Assembly: GCA_027604505.1 (NCBI GenBank)
Contig: JADIIX010000123.1
Coordinates: 1 to 64,000 of the forward strand
Length of the DNA: 64,000 nt
Direction of reading: 5' to 3'
Origin: Gonapodya sp. JEL0774
Lineage: Eukaryota
Shown here piece by piece: positions 25,337 to 37,542 of the stretch (position 1 is the first letter of the stretch; every line of letters begins with the position of its first letter). A model generated the notes under the pieces. The model had not been told where the DNA came from and searched no databases. It saw nothing but the letters and a program-made list of their open reading frames with translations. The translations under genes were made by a program, and so were the position numbers.

Positions 25337-28207
25337 TCAAACTTTCGCCTCCGCCGCTATATCTCTGGCATTGAGTTCCGCGCTAGAAGACATCTCCTTT
25401 GCCCATGATGCGTCGTCCCTGATCATCCGTCGCTCGTATATCCAGATCAACTGCACACAAACCATGGCGGCGAGAGTAAGAGCGAATGAGATCCCTGGTG
25501 CACAAAATTTGGGATCAATGAATATCGATGATGCCGCTGGCAATCTGCAGCACTCACAAATGGCGTTGATGTAGAGTGGTGCCCAGCTATTCGGGTAAGT
25601 GAATGGCGCGACTGCAAACGGAAACCATCACGTGATTTAGATTCATGTTTCGGGATGAGAATAATCGACATCGAGAACATACTGAAACCTCCAATGTTGC
25701 CGAGAGCGATCGTCAATCCGGTGGATGTTGCCTGTGCAGTGCTTCCCTTCAAAGTGTTGGCGCGGTATACGAAGAGAATTGGTAGAGCGGGCCCGGCAAA
25801 GGCGGAGATGAACATGAAGAAACTAAGAAAGTAGTGTCAGCTTCTGCATGACCCCTCCATAAGAAACAACCTCTTGGACTCTCACTATCTCAATCCAGGG
25901 GCCCATCCCCTGATTTGGCCGGCAACCAGAAGTCCAGAGCCAATGAGACCAGTCGTGAGTGCGATTTGGACTACAGAGTTACAAAAGAGTGGGTTTAGAG
26001 ATAAAGTCAAATTACTGAAAGATAGCGGAACTTACTGTGGAGTGGTCTCTCCTTCTTCTTGTCAGAGTGCCATCCCCAGTACTGATCGAAAACAGCAGTC
26101 ACAACTCCCGGCCACGCAGACACTATAGGTACCACCAACGTTAGACCCGTGCGCACGCCGGCAGATGCACACAAACAGAATACCAACTGAGGTTCGCCAA
26201 GTTTCCGGTGAATCCAAGACCTGCAATGATCGATGGTCGGAAGTAGGACGTACCGTACCCGGGCAAGACCATGCAAAATGCGGCGAGCTATGGGGAATGT
26301 GAAATCACAATCGTTACATTGCCGCATCGTCGAAGAATGCCTGATTGCCTGAGGACAAGTTCGACTTACGCAGAACAGAACCAGAACGGGGTCTTTGAGG
26401 GCACTAAGGAATTCTCTGGCGTCAAAGTGTTTGTCCGTGATCGATGCAGCAGTGGTGGGAAGTCGGGTAATGGCAATTTCCTGCTCGCGAGGGGTCAGGA
26501 ATCCCAGCGACTGCGAAGATGAAACGGGTCAATGTAAGTATGACAGAAGAGTGTAAACCAGCATAATGGAAACGAACCGTTTGAGGGAAGTTGGGAAGCA
26601 CAAAGAAGGCAGTGACGCCGACCAACACGGACGGTGCTCCCTGAGAAACGACGAGAGAGTTCTGAGAATTACATCATCTCGGCAATGCCCAAAGTTTCAA
26701 CTCACTTCAAGAATGAGGATCCATTGCCAACCCTTCAGATTCCCTGCACCGTTTAACAATGCGAGAGCTGTGAATCAAGCAGATGATCAGGATCTCAAAT
26801 CAATGCGGCCCACAGAGTGTACGTGTGCCACTCACCAGTTGCAAGCAAGCCACTGAAGGCCGACGCGATCGAGTTGAAAGAGAACAGAACAGCCACACGA
26901 GTTGAGATTTCGTGCTTGCGGTACCAGAAGGTGAAGTAGCTGTGGAAGATTATCGCGGCGAATGTAATGACATTTTATCGCCACCTTTCCCAATCAAATC
27001 ACTTACTAAATGACGCCCCTGTAATGCGGTGGAGAGCAATGAACGAGATACCGTTAGCTCTCAGTGCAAAATGATCTCACGGAGGTTATTCACTCACGGG
27101 AAGAGCCCGGCCTCAGCTGCACCGAGAAGTGCCCGGCAAACCATGAGCCCAGCAAAGCTGGACGCGAATGCCTGGCAGGTGCCCTACAACGTGCAGAAAA
27201 GGTTCAACCAACAGAAGCCGAAAACGTCAGGTGTGTGAAACCAACAATGATGCCCCATGTGACCATCTGATGGTGGAGAAAGAAAACGATGAATTTCAAC
27301 GAAATCACGACTTTCAGAGTCTCAAACTCACAATTCGTGCAAGCCAAACTTTAGGTCCAGCGACTATCCGGAAATAAGGTAGGAAGGGATGGTCGTTGAA
27401 CAACTTATTGAGAATATCAGAGCGGATGGCAGTCATGACTCACTTCGCATCATGAAGTTGGAAGGAATTTCCAAGATACAGTACTATTTGAAGTTGATCG
27501 AACGTTGAGCTGACCGTGTCATCGGAAACTCGCGTTGGTATTTGCAGCATACCGGAACAAAGAAGATTGCCACAGCCCTGATTAACCAAACGTGAGACCC
27601 ATAGCTCCAAACGAAGGTATTAGAGGGAAATATACTCACCAGTTGAATTGAACACCGTCCAAACCCAAGCTGGCTTCCAGAGTGTCCCTGGATGAGATCG
27701 CAGGACCCGGTCAGCACAGTACAATGTGTCCAACAATTTGCTGGTTGGAGAGCAACGACGCTCACCCTTTCGCATCGTTGTTCGCCACTCGAGCTGTGCA
27801 CACGGACCAGAACATCATCAGCATCCGAAAGCGTAGGCGGAGATGCGGGAAATTTTTACTTACCATTTCCCAAGTTCACTCGGTCAAGGAAGGCCAAGAA
27901 ATACCTGGAGCCACCGATTTCGTTGGATTACGGTCTCCACGATTCATCATCAGGCGGAAGTACTCACATGATCGAGACCAAGGGGATCACCCTGATATCT
28001 AACTTCCGCACAAAAGCCTTCTCCTCCTCAGGCTAGAGAATAGTGGTAAGCGAGTCCGAGATTTCGAGGTAAGGCACGGAGTGAAGCAGACGTGAAGTGG
28101 TTGATATTATGATCCCGTGAGGATGCGTGGAACCAAGCCACGACACTCACCGTCCAAGACACAATGGCTTCCCCGTGGTCGATCTTCTTTTCGCCGTCTT
28201 CTGCCAT
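25337..28207 (-). CDS. MFS transporter, anion:cation symporter / allantoate (Dal5/Tna1-like) permease family, many exons
   Basis: FVRKLDIRVIPLVSIM, YFLAFLDRVNLGN, LEIPSN, GAAEAGLFPG, YFTFWYRKHEISTRVA, GWQWILILEG, GNIGG. ATG at 28205-28207; TGA at 25337. Confidence 0.92.
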
Positions 28208-29447
28208 CGATAATCGTTGAGCCTTTGGAAGATGGATAACGATACTGATGGGAGTAGAACGGGGTTGGTGGTCTCAGGTCTCCAAGGCCGCTTTTTTAAT
28301 ATTTTAATATCGGATATACGGGTTGAAGCGAAATTGGGTTGCGCCTCCTGCAACACGGGAGACAAGAGCTTTTCAATTTCACATCAGCCCGATAGAAAAA
28401 TGTTCGGAATCGAGATTCTGTCTGTATCTGCTCTCAGAACCACCCGAGCTTCGCGTGGTGTCGTTCTGTGCTTTACTTTCTGCAGTCGGGTGCCATCTCC
28501 CACTTGAGACCGTTTTCGTATCCCACGCAGCCTCCGTCGGTGCCGCCTCAAAACCTAAATGAAATGAAATGAACCAAAAAAGGAAAGCCCGAAAAAAGTA
28601 CAAAATCGTACAGTAAATGTATCGCTATCGAATTCAGTTTACGTTTCAGGCAAATTTCACACGCCCCCTCTTCCTCCTCGGTGGGGGGCAGTTGGCGGGG
28701 TACAAAGTTGCGGGCAGCTACAGGACCGACCACAACCTAAACTGTAAACTCGGTCCGCTGTAAACTTTATACACTCTTTTGCTTCGTAACCGGTTACCGA
28801 TGCCGACTTTGGTTTCCTTCACGGTACATTCAAAGTCACGTGCATGCAAGTGAAGTGAGTGAGCGGCCATGTAAAAGCGCACTCATCAATATTCATGTTG
28901 TACGAGACTGTTAGTTGCATCGTGACAAGCGGTGGCATGCACACACTACATATGTTGCATTAGGACCATCACAATCACCACATTACATACGGGGCTCAGT
29001 CTCAAAATTCTACACGAGCTCTCTTGGATACTCTCATTGTGGTGCTGTTTGGTAGATGAACCATTGTACAGAAATGGTCAACAGACCGGTTTCAAATAAC
29101 GAGGCTTTCTATGTAATAAGTCGTATATTTCGAACGTTTCAGGTGGTGAATCCTGTCACGGAGCGGCAAAAATTTCGGACACCGACGTTTGTCCGCTAAG
29201 TTCTCCCGAACCCTTCACCAACACGGTCGGGACCGTTTGTCGGGGTATTTTCACACCGAAGTGCCGCGTTCGTCTAGCTCCAAGGAAACAATAGAATAAG
29301 ATTTATTTATTGTGCATTGGTATGAACGCGTAGCATTATCAAGTGTATTACTGCAAAGAACAACCCGTCCAATTGTCCAAACCTCACGTTCTTGTGTTGT
29401 ACAGCATCGCTTTCGATCGCCTGCTTTCATGGGCTTCTCACGTCCCC

Positions 29448-31742
29448 TCATGCTCTCCTTACTCCCGCTTTCTTCCCCGCTCCTCCCGGTCCAGTCACAC
29501 TCGCTCCACCTCCCGCTTGCCCCCTCACTGCTGCGCCCCCAACCTTCCCCACGCTCTTCCCCAAACCCATCGCCGCCACTCCTTCGGTCACCTTGCGCAA
29601 TCCATCTCCGTTCTCGGAGACACCTCGCCGAGAGCTCGAGGAGGCGGACATCATGGCCCCACGCGATATGGGAGGTGTGCCGCGACCGGGTTTGGCGATG
29701 GGCGGTGGGGGAGGTAAGGCCGCTGGGTGGTTCGACGGAGTCGAGGGTCGTGTGATATGGAGGAGGGACGAAAGATCTGGAATAGCCTGTGAAAAAGGGA
29801 TTCGGTGTGACAACGTGCTCTTTGGGCGTTTGCACAGTCAGTATTTTGTTCGCTACAATTTGTCCACGTACCCCGACCGGCCCACCAACGTGCTCGATGA
29901 ACCCTTCCTCGGTCTTGATCGATTCGAGAAGATCTAGCACGTCGCAGGAGAATGCCGTTCCGGTCGAGGTTTCTGGGTCAGCTTGACTCGTGGATGCGCA
30001 GAGCGACCTGAATGAAAGGCCATTCGTCATTTGGTGAGATGAGAGTAAACGTGCTTGACACTAAGCACCCCCTCGTCATGTCATTCCGTTCCGACTACGA
30101 AGAACAACGAACGTACTTCACCACCTCTTCCAACATTTCAATTTTGAACGCGGGCATTCTGGCTGTCAGGTATCGCGTGATGAAGCTGGTGGTTTCAGCA
30201 GACTGCAGCGAATACATCAAGAACGAAACGGACGTGAGTTGTGCGGACATCAAGGTACAAACCGAATAAGCAAGTCTTCGTTCAACAAGTAGGTACGGTC
30301 CCAGATTTATGGAGAACACAGAATCGCTGATTTCGTGTCAAATTCCAGTTCAGTTGAGGATCTGACGAACGTTGAAGGCTCAAGGGACCTTCCACCACAA
30401 CCGTTGGATTGGGTAGGTCCGTCGTCCTCTTGTCCGTCGTCCTCTTGTCCGTCGTCCTCTTGTGACCTGTATGATCGTCCAACAAGCTCGCTCCTCTTGA
30501 TAATTTGCGGCGCTCTTCTCCGTGCCACCTCATTCGTTCACGGCTTTATTGCTCCGCCGTAACAACGAGATTTCGTTTGTCTGTTTTCACAAGAATTTTT
30601 CTTTTTCTTTCGCTTCGGGAGTCCGTTTTCTTCCCAAGGCTCCCCTTTCATCATCGACAAATGCAAGTCAGTCGATGCTCACGTAACGCTCGAAGTCTTG
30701 TTGGACACTCTGGGGGGACGAGGCTTGGATTTGAGCGAAGCGCATACGGTGGGCTTGGAATGCGTCCTCTGTTTGCGGTATCCCGACGGCGGAAAGCGTT
30801 AACAAGGGCCATGTAAGCGTAAGGAACCGGAGAAGAGAATCGATATTGAGAGTGGGAGTGGGAAAGAGACAGGCACAAAATGGGAGAGATTAGACAATGC
30901 CAACTTTCCGTCCAGCTGTGAAAGAAGAAGTAAGCAAAGAAAACACGACGAATCCAAACGCACCGACGAGCATCTCCTCGAGGAGACCAACAATGACATC
31001 GTTGGTAAGGTCAGAATGCGTGGAGCTGTGAATGAGGGGAAAGGTCGAGGTGAGATCAGGACGCGGGTTCATAACAAAATCCCACGGTTTCCACCGGATA
31101 TTTCCAAGTGCTCGCTCCGCTAAGTAGCAGATATGGTGAAAATAAAGTAAAAAACGAGACTTCTGACTTTGGTGTGCAACGAGTTGAGTCTCCAATCGCT
31201 TTTGCGCGTCCGCTAGCATCCGTCCGGCGTTTCAACGACAAATTGACGAAACACCCTAGCCTGAGTTTGCCTTCCACAGATTCTCGATATTTTCAACCTG
31301 CCGCTCGCCGGGAGTCTGTGAATCCCGTCCTTTCGCAGCAACTCACACAAACTCCATATCGCCATCGTCTTCCGCCACTCCAGCCATCCCCACATTATTT
31401 CCAAACATAAAAGCCGGCGTAGCATCCATCACCACCGGCGACGGAGCGGGCGCGTTTGGCATGGTCGGCGACGGAGCGGAACCAGGAGATGGGGGGGGCG
31501 CCAGGTTGGACGGGTGGCGATGAGAGGTGAGAGACAAGCGGGCAGGAACTGGGCGGGCTGGGGATTTGCGGGTGGCTGCTGGGGGCGGCGGCGGTTGGGC
31601 AAAAACGGGTCACCAGCAGGTTGAGACGCCAGGGAAGGGGAAGTCAGCGGACAGATTTGAATCAAGGGAAAGCGACAAACCCAAGTTGGATGAATTTGCT
31701 GTAGAAAAAATTCTTACCTTTCGCGACGCCGGTGGACATCAT
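29448..31742 (-). CDS. Hypothetical multi-exon protein (helical core with low-complexity termini); splicing partly irregular
   Basis: ATG at 31742/31739 with a GTAAGA donor. Exon fragments include NDVIVGLLEEMLV, IDSLLRFLTLTWPLL...QQDFERY, LLVERRLAYSVCTLM...EMLEEVVK, DVLDLLESIKTEEGF and a Gly-rich C-terminus ending at 29448. I recognise no family. Confidence 0.5.
30417..30463. repeat. 15-bp perfect tandem repeat, three copies (GTCCGTCGTCCTCTT)
   Basis: Three exact copies are directly visible. Confidence 0.95.
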
Positions 31743-32608
31743 TGGTGTGTGCGGATTTCGAACGAATTGGGGGGCCGCTCATCACAAGTTCTTGTTGGGG
31801 GCGTTTCACCATCGCCAGAGCGGGCGCACGCCTGGCGGAAATATATTTATTTCTGTCAACTCGAACTAGCAGAAACTCTTAACTTGGCAAACTAAACGAC
31901 AGGAGTTAAATGTGTAGTATTTTCGGATGATGGGAAAGAGAGAATGTGTAAAGGTACAATACATAAAGAATTCGTCGCGTTACACTCGAGCTAATCGCTT
32001 TAGAAATTGACTCGGGACCTGACGTCAAGATCTACTGACAGGGAAAAGGCTTTGTAAAGAACTCACCGCCCCAATGTGGGGAACGATAACTTGGTGTTAG
32101 GTAGTAGTTAATAGGTGAGAGTCACCTTAGGGGTAAATAGTACTTAGTTTGCACTTGAACGCGTACGAGTATTCTTTTAAGTGATTGAGAATGCTAAGAA
32201 ATGAGCTTTCGTGTTAGTTTCTCACACGCAGAGAGTTCGTATTGAGGGCACGCAGAATGGTCTTGACGAACGGTAGCCAGAGAAGCAACCATCGCATAGA
32301 AAGACGAAAGATGCCACTGGCTATTCAAAGACATTGTTGTAGCTCATCCGGATAGGTGGAGTGAAAGCGGTTTTATTTTAAGCCAAATCTCAAGCGCCCT
32401 CATCGCATAAACACATAGTAACAGTCAGGACAGTTGATAGACAATCCAATATGCAATATCTAGATAGATAAAGCGTCCATTTTTCATGCACGTGTCTAAT
32501 TGCGTTACCGAGGGTTGACGATGTTGAACATGGACAAAGAACTGTGACACAATATGCACAATGGTACCTTGGTTCCATCTCAACCACGTTCCCAGTGGCA
32601 ACATCTCA

Positions 32609-33680
32609 ATGGCGAGCGGTGTTTCTCCACTAAATGCGTCTCCGGCAACGGTTGCGATGCGTTTGAATGCAGATGCTCTCCTTAACTTCCGGCTGTCGTC
32701 TCCCTCGATCGACTTTCCTCCTGAAATCTTTCTCATCAAAAACTTCATTTCGCGCGACCGTTCGGAGTCCCTCACCGCCAAAATCAATTCGGTACCCAAA
32801 CCAAAATGGAAATCGCTTTCCAATCGGCGGTTGCAACAGTGGGGCGGGGTACCGTCTACAAAGGGAATGCTTCGAGAAGCACTACCTGGATTTATCGACC
32901 AGCTGTGCGAGGAGCTGGAACACTTGGAGATTTTCAGAGACTATGTGACCCCTACCCCGCCTTCTGCTTGTTCTCTCGAGCAAGAATCCCTTGGGGGTGG
33001 TGTGGGCAGTGTCGAGGGGACAACTCACAATCCCCAAGGTCCACCGAGGCGGCCCAATCATTGTCTGGTGAACGAATACTTGCCCGGTCAAGGTTAGCGT
33101 TATGGTTGGTCTAACCCCTGGTTCCTCCGACTCGGGCTGAATGTACTCACCTCAACCTGAACCGTCTCCACCAGGCATCCTACCCCACCTCGACGGTCCG
33201 CTCTACCTCCCGTGCGTTGCCACGGTCTCTATTGGCTCTCACTGCCTGCTCGACTTTTACCCATCTCCTTCCTCTTCCGGTGACCCGTCAACCACATCGC
33301 TCACCAAACCATCTCCCAAGTTCTCCCTCTTCGTCCCCCCGGACTCTCTTTACGTTCAAACTGGTCCCATTTATCACACCTTTATGCATGCAGTTGCAGA
33401 ACGTGTGGTGGATGTGGTGCGCGTGGGGGGGTGGGACGAACAAGGGAGTACTGTGAATGATGTCCAGGTCATGGGACCGGAAGAGGACGGACGAGGAAAT
33501 TGCGTGGTCGATGGTCGCACCGTGATAAACTTGGATGATCTCATTTCGTATGCCTCGTCGATGTCCTCTTCCTCATCATCCGCAATAGTCACGCCGAACT
33601 TTATCCATCTCCCTCGAACCACCCGTCTCTCGCTCACATTCCGTGTGGTCCGCAAGGCTTCCAAATGGGTCATAGGATAA
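32609..33680 (+). CDS. ALKBH6: AlkB-family 2OG-Fe(II) dioxygenase, ALKBH6-like (2 exons)
   Basis: PKPKWKSLSNRRLQQWGG, PNHCLVNEYLPGQG|ILPHLDGPLY (HxD), YHTFMHAV, RTTRLSLTFRVV. Intron about 33093-33174. The start ATG is uncertain. Confidence 0.9.
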
Positions 33681-33692
33681 CGATATGCTGTT

Positions 33693-35102
33693 TCACGTGT
33701 TCTCGAGGTGAGGATCAAGTGAGTGGATGGAGAGAGTAACAGGCGAACACGTCCGCAGTGGTTTGTCACAAACGATCACCGCCGCTGGACTGGCGTGATG
33801 CGTTCTCTGAAGTCTGTCAACCAGTAGACAAAGATTTGGGCGCGTGAACTGGAAGTTGTGCATAGTAGATCAGATACATTCCTTGGTAACAATTGCAAAT
33901 ACTCCTGTTGTAGAATCTGTTGTAGAATATGTAGCGCCCAGTAGCTCCTCCCAAATACACTACCCTGTGACATATAGCTCTGTCCTAATATCTTGCTCAT
34001 CATACTCCGTACCGCACTTCAACTGGGCCTCACACCTCACAGCTCCCAGACACTGCGCTGGCTCACACCTGGTTTCTAAGGATTCGGGTTTGGGCGTCCT
34101 TTCCAACTCGCATAGGGCATTATCAACCAGCGTTTTCCCCGATGACTCTTGTGCGTGGCCTTCCAGGGCAGCGACCTGGAAGGAAGACCGGCGGGAGATG
34201 GGAAGAGAGGCCGTGGAAGAAGGAACATCGGCATGCGCTGCGAATTTGCTGGTGCGGTGGAAGCGTGTGGAGGCAGTTTCGAAAGCCGCCTTAAAGTCTG
34301 TTGCAGCGATAAGGCCTCCCAAGATACAAGACGTATCCGGAAATGGTGAGTGACTTGACGCTTGATGATCCTGATCCGACCACGAGAACCTTTACAAGCA
34401 CACCAACGCGTCATGTTATCAGAAGTTGATGTAGTAGCAGAGCGTCCAGGTCTCATACAACTCACGAGCCACTCGCCTCCACTCTGGATTCTCTCCCAGA
34501 TTCCACGTCCGCCGGAACCCCGTCTGTTGATCTGCCACGACACATGTAAATGCTTTTGCGATTTGACTGAGGTTCAATGGGTTCAGTGTCGGGGAGGATA
34601 GGGCCGGCGGTGGTGAGATTGTTCTCATCACGAGAAGTAGTGTCTCCTGTGCAGTGATGCAAGCCAAGGAAGCGGAGAAGAGCCGAGCAAACCTTTCTTG
34701 GTCCCTTTTGAATACAGTGCAGAATGCGGCGTAACGTAGTTCTATTCTATTCAAGGAAGAGAGAGATTTGTGAGGGTGAGTGCACTGCCGTTCGCCAGTA
34801 CCGCGATACGGCCTTGCAACAGTACCTTTTGTCCCATCATCCCCACCACTCTCCCAGCCTCATCGTAGACAAGCGTCTTTTGGAGTGTAGGGTGGGTTAT
34901 TTTGTAGAATCCGTCGGATATCGATTGAAAGAATCGGTCCATTGGCGTCATCGGGTATCCATGAACAGCGAAGCTGTGGGCTCCCATGCTTCCAGCGGAC
35001 ATTGAATTCGAGGAATAATATGAGTAAGAGGAAAGAGTGAAAGTCTATATAATTTACCTTTTGCAAACGGATCGCAGGTGAAGAAGTGATCAGATCTGCC
35101 AT
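33693..35102 (-). CDS. Hypothetical multi-exon gene or relic; weak REC114-like candidate
   Basis: MADLITSSPAIRLQK followed by a GTAAAT donor. Fragments WKHGSPQLRC and RIELRYAAFCTVFKRDQERFARLF, a disordered middle, and C-terminal YDEQDIRTELY..RPNLCLLVDRLQR. The frame is not fully resolved. Confidence 0.35.
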
Positions 35103-35436
35103 GTCTTCGCAGCTGCAGCGAAGGGAGTGTTCGCACACTCTGCGCCTTTCCCACACAACCAACCGTCTTCCTTGCAATCGGTATCACAGTTTATGACCTT
35201 AGCGCATCCATTGAATTATACCATATTCCCAAGGTTGCGGACAAGGACCAAGTATTAGAATTCGTGCTTGAACATGGTGAAACCGACTCTGAAGTCAGGC
35301 ACGCAAAATCTAGTAGCTTGTTCATATTTTCTACTGTGAAAATAAATTGGATTTCGGTGGTCCAAGTTGGAAATTTCTCTTCTGTGAAAGCTGAAAAGTG
35401 AGGATTCTCGTTGATCACTTCACTGCACCAACAGGG

Positions 35437-37294
35437 ATGCGCGTTATTGCGCAAGCGTCTCGAAAACTTGGACACGAACTTTTGTTTTCGACATCGGGAT
35501 CTCCCGACCTCCGATTGTTCTCCACTGCCGGTGGATTGAAACAGGCAGACCATCGTCAAACAAAAGGAACACGCCCAAACCCTCGATTCGGTGCTTACTC
35601 GCTCGTACTTCCACCTACTTCCCCCGTCAAGCATGCTCCGGCTTTGGACATTCCCATCCATGTTCCCAGACCAGAGTACGCATACCATCCAAAAGGAATC
35701 GCGAAACTTCCAGACGGCGTCCAAATAAAGACGTCAAGAGAAATCGAGGCAATGCGCAGAGCAGCAAAGATCGCAGCAGAGGCACTCCGAATCGCGGGAC
35801 GGGCTTGTGTGGTGAGTGATGGCAATGCGAGTTGAGGTGAAGATGACTTGAACCCTCGACACACATGTTAGCCCGGTGCAACCACTGCCTCCATCGACGC
35901 CGCTGCGCACGATTTTATCATTTCTCAAAATGCCTATCCATCTCCCCTCCGCTACTACGGATTCCCGCGGTCCGTTTGCACATCCGTTAACAACATCATG
36001 GTCCACGGAATACCCGATGACACTCGTCCCTTGGAAAACGGGGATATAGTAACTGTGGACGTAACCGTCTTTGTGGACGGATTTCACGGAGACACTGCGG
36101 AGACATTTTTGGTCGGGGATGGTGTGGACGAACCTGGGAAGAAACTGGTCGACGTTGCACGACTGTGCAGAGATGCCGGTATAGGAGTGTGCGCACCTGG
36201 TGTCTCGTTGGGGGAGATTCGGCGGGCAGTAAGGTCAGTTTTTACATTTGTTGAGTTGCTTTGTATGCCCTCCCCACTGTCTGGGTTGGCCCGGAGTGGC
36301 TCCGACGGTTACCCACCGTCTGGGGTGGAAAGATTCCGACATCTCGATAGAGAGGGACAATCTTGGGCAGGAGATGGAAAATTTTATTTGGGTGGAAGAA
36401 GGTGCAGGCAAGGGAGGGGCATGTGATGCATTGTCTGACCGATTCACCAATTTAATGAGTGCGCGAGGAACAGTTGTTGCGTGTTCATTTTGCCTTAAGA
36501 ATGTGTTTTGTTTCCCTCAAGACTCTTGGAATGATGTACTTTCCCTCCATCCCAACACAAGCACCACAGCCAGTCACCACACCTTTACAATTTCATCGTC
36601 TTTTTGTGGCCACGGAATTGGACGGGCTTTTCATGAAGCTCCGTTGGTCTACTTTCACATTCCCAACTCCATCTCGTACCCGTACTCGAGAAGGTCCAGG
36701 TACACCGCAGACGCAGGGGATGAGGATCAAGATGCTGACTATGACGATGATGAAACTACGTTTGAGGATGATTTAGTAATGGAGCCTGGGATGGTGTTTA
36801 CGGTGGAGCCTGTGGTATGTCAGGGGGAATCGGCAGAGGTGAGTTTACTCCTTGCATCAATTTGTCTGGTTAGAGAGGGCGGTGGGTGGCTCAAGCCCTT
36901 ACACAAAACCTATTGGCGAGCTGTTGGCAACCGGTCTCAGCATGCAAGTCGATGGACGTACCGGGCTCACCTCACAGTTTTCTTCGCGACCCTTTCTTAC
37001 CGGCCAATATTCAACCCTCCCTGTTACCTTGTCTACTCGTCCTATTTCCGTCAGTACAAGTGGCCCGATGGATGGACAACGGCTACTATCGATGGTGGTC
37101 GGTCCGCGCAGTTTGGTTAGTACTGGGATTGATGTCTTCTAATCAGTTTTGCCCGGCCCTCCTACACTTCTAACGTTGTTGCCTTCTCTGTCACTTTTGC
37201 AACCGAAACTCACTTATACCTGTCGGCTCGCGTACCAGAGCATACGATTCTTATTACAGAGACAGGACACGAAGTTCTCACTCAGCTCAGTTAA
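35437..37294 (+). CDS. METAP1D: Methionine aminopeptidase type 1, organellar (MetAP1D-like), with N-terminal targeting peptide
   Basis: AYPSPLRYYGFPRSVCTSVNNIMVHGIPD, DIVTVDVTVFVDGFHGDT, FCGHGIGRAFHEAP, PGMVFTVEP, DGWTTATIDGGRSAQFEHTILITE. No N-terminal zinc finger. TAA at 37292-37294. Confidence 0.92.
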
Positions 37295-37542
37295 TGTATT
37301 CCACACACTCGATTAAGGCAAGTGCTCGCGTGGAGCTACCTTCATTTCCACTTTACAGAAATAATACCAATTGAATAATTGAATAACACAGAATCCAGAA
37401 AATACATAGAAGCGATTTCTCTAACCAAGTACCAACATGCTCCCAATATGATACGAAAGGATGCCATCAAAGTCATTCGTTGTTGTTACCTCGTGCTTGA
37501 ATGCGTGGTTCAGAAGTGTCGAAATCCTGCCCCACCGGCGTG

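Noticed and set aside
30417..30463. Short direct repeats as a CRISPR-like array
   Set aside because: Head-to-tail copies without spacers in a eukaryotic context; this is an ordinary minisatellite.
34860..34862. In-frame TGA as possible selenocysteine (some early-diverging fungi use Sec)
   Set aside because: No redox motif, no alignment to a known selenoprotein family and no SECIS that I can support. Other in-frame TGAs in the window lie in clear relics.
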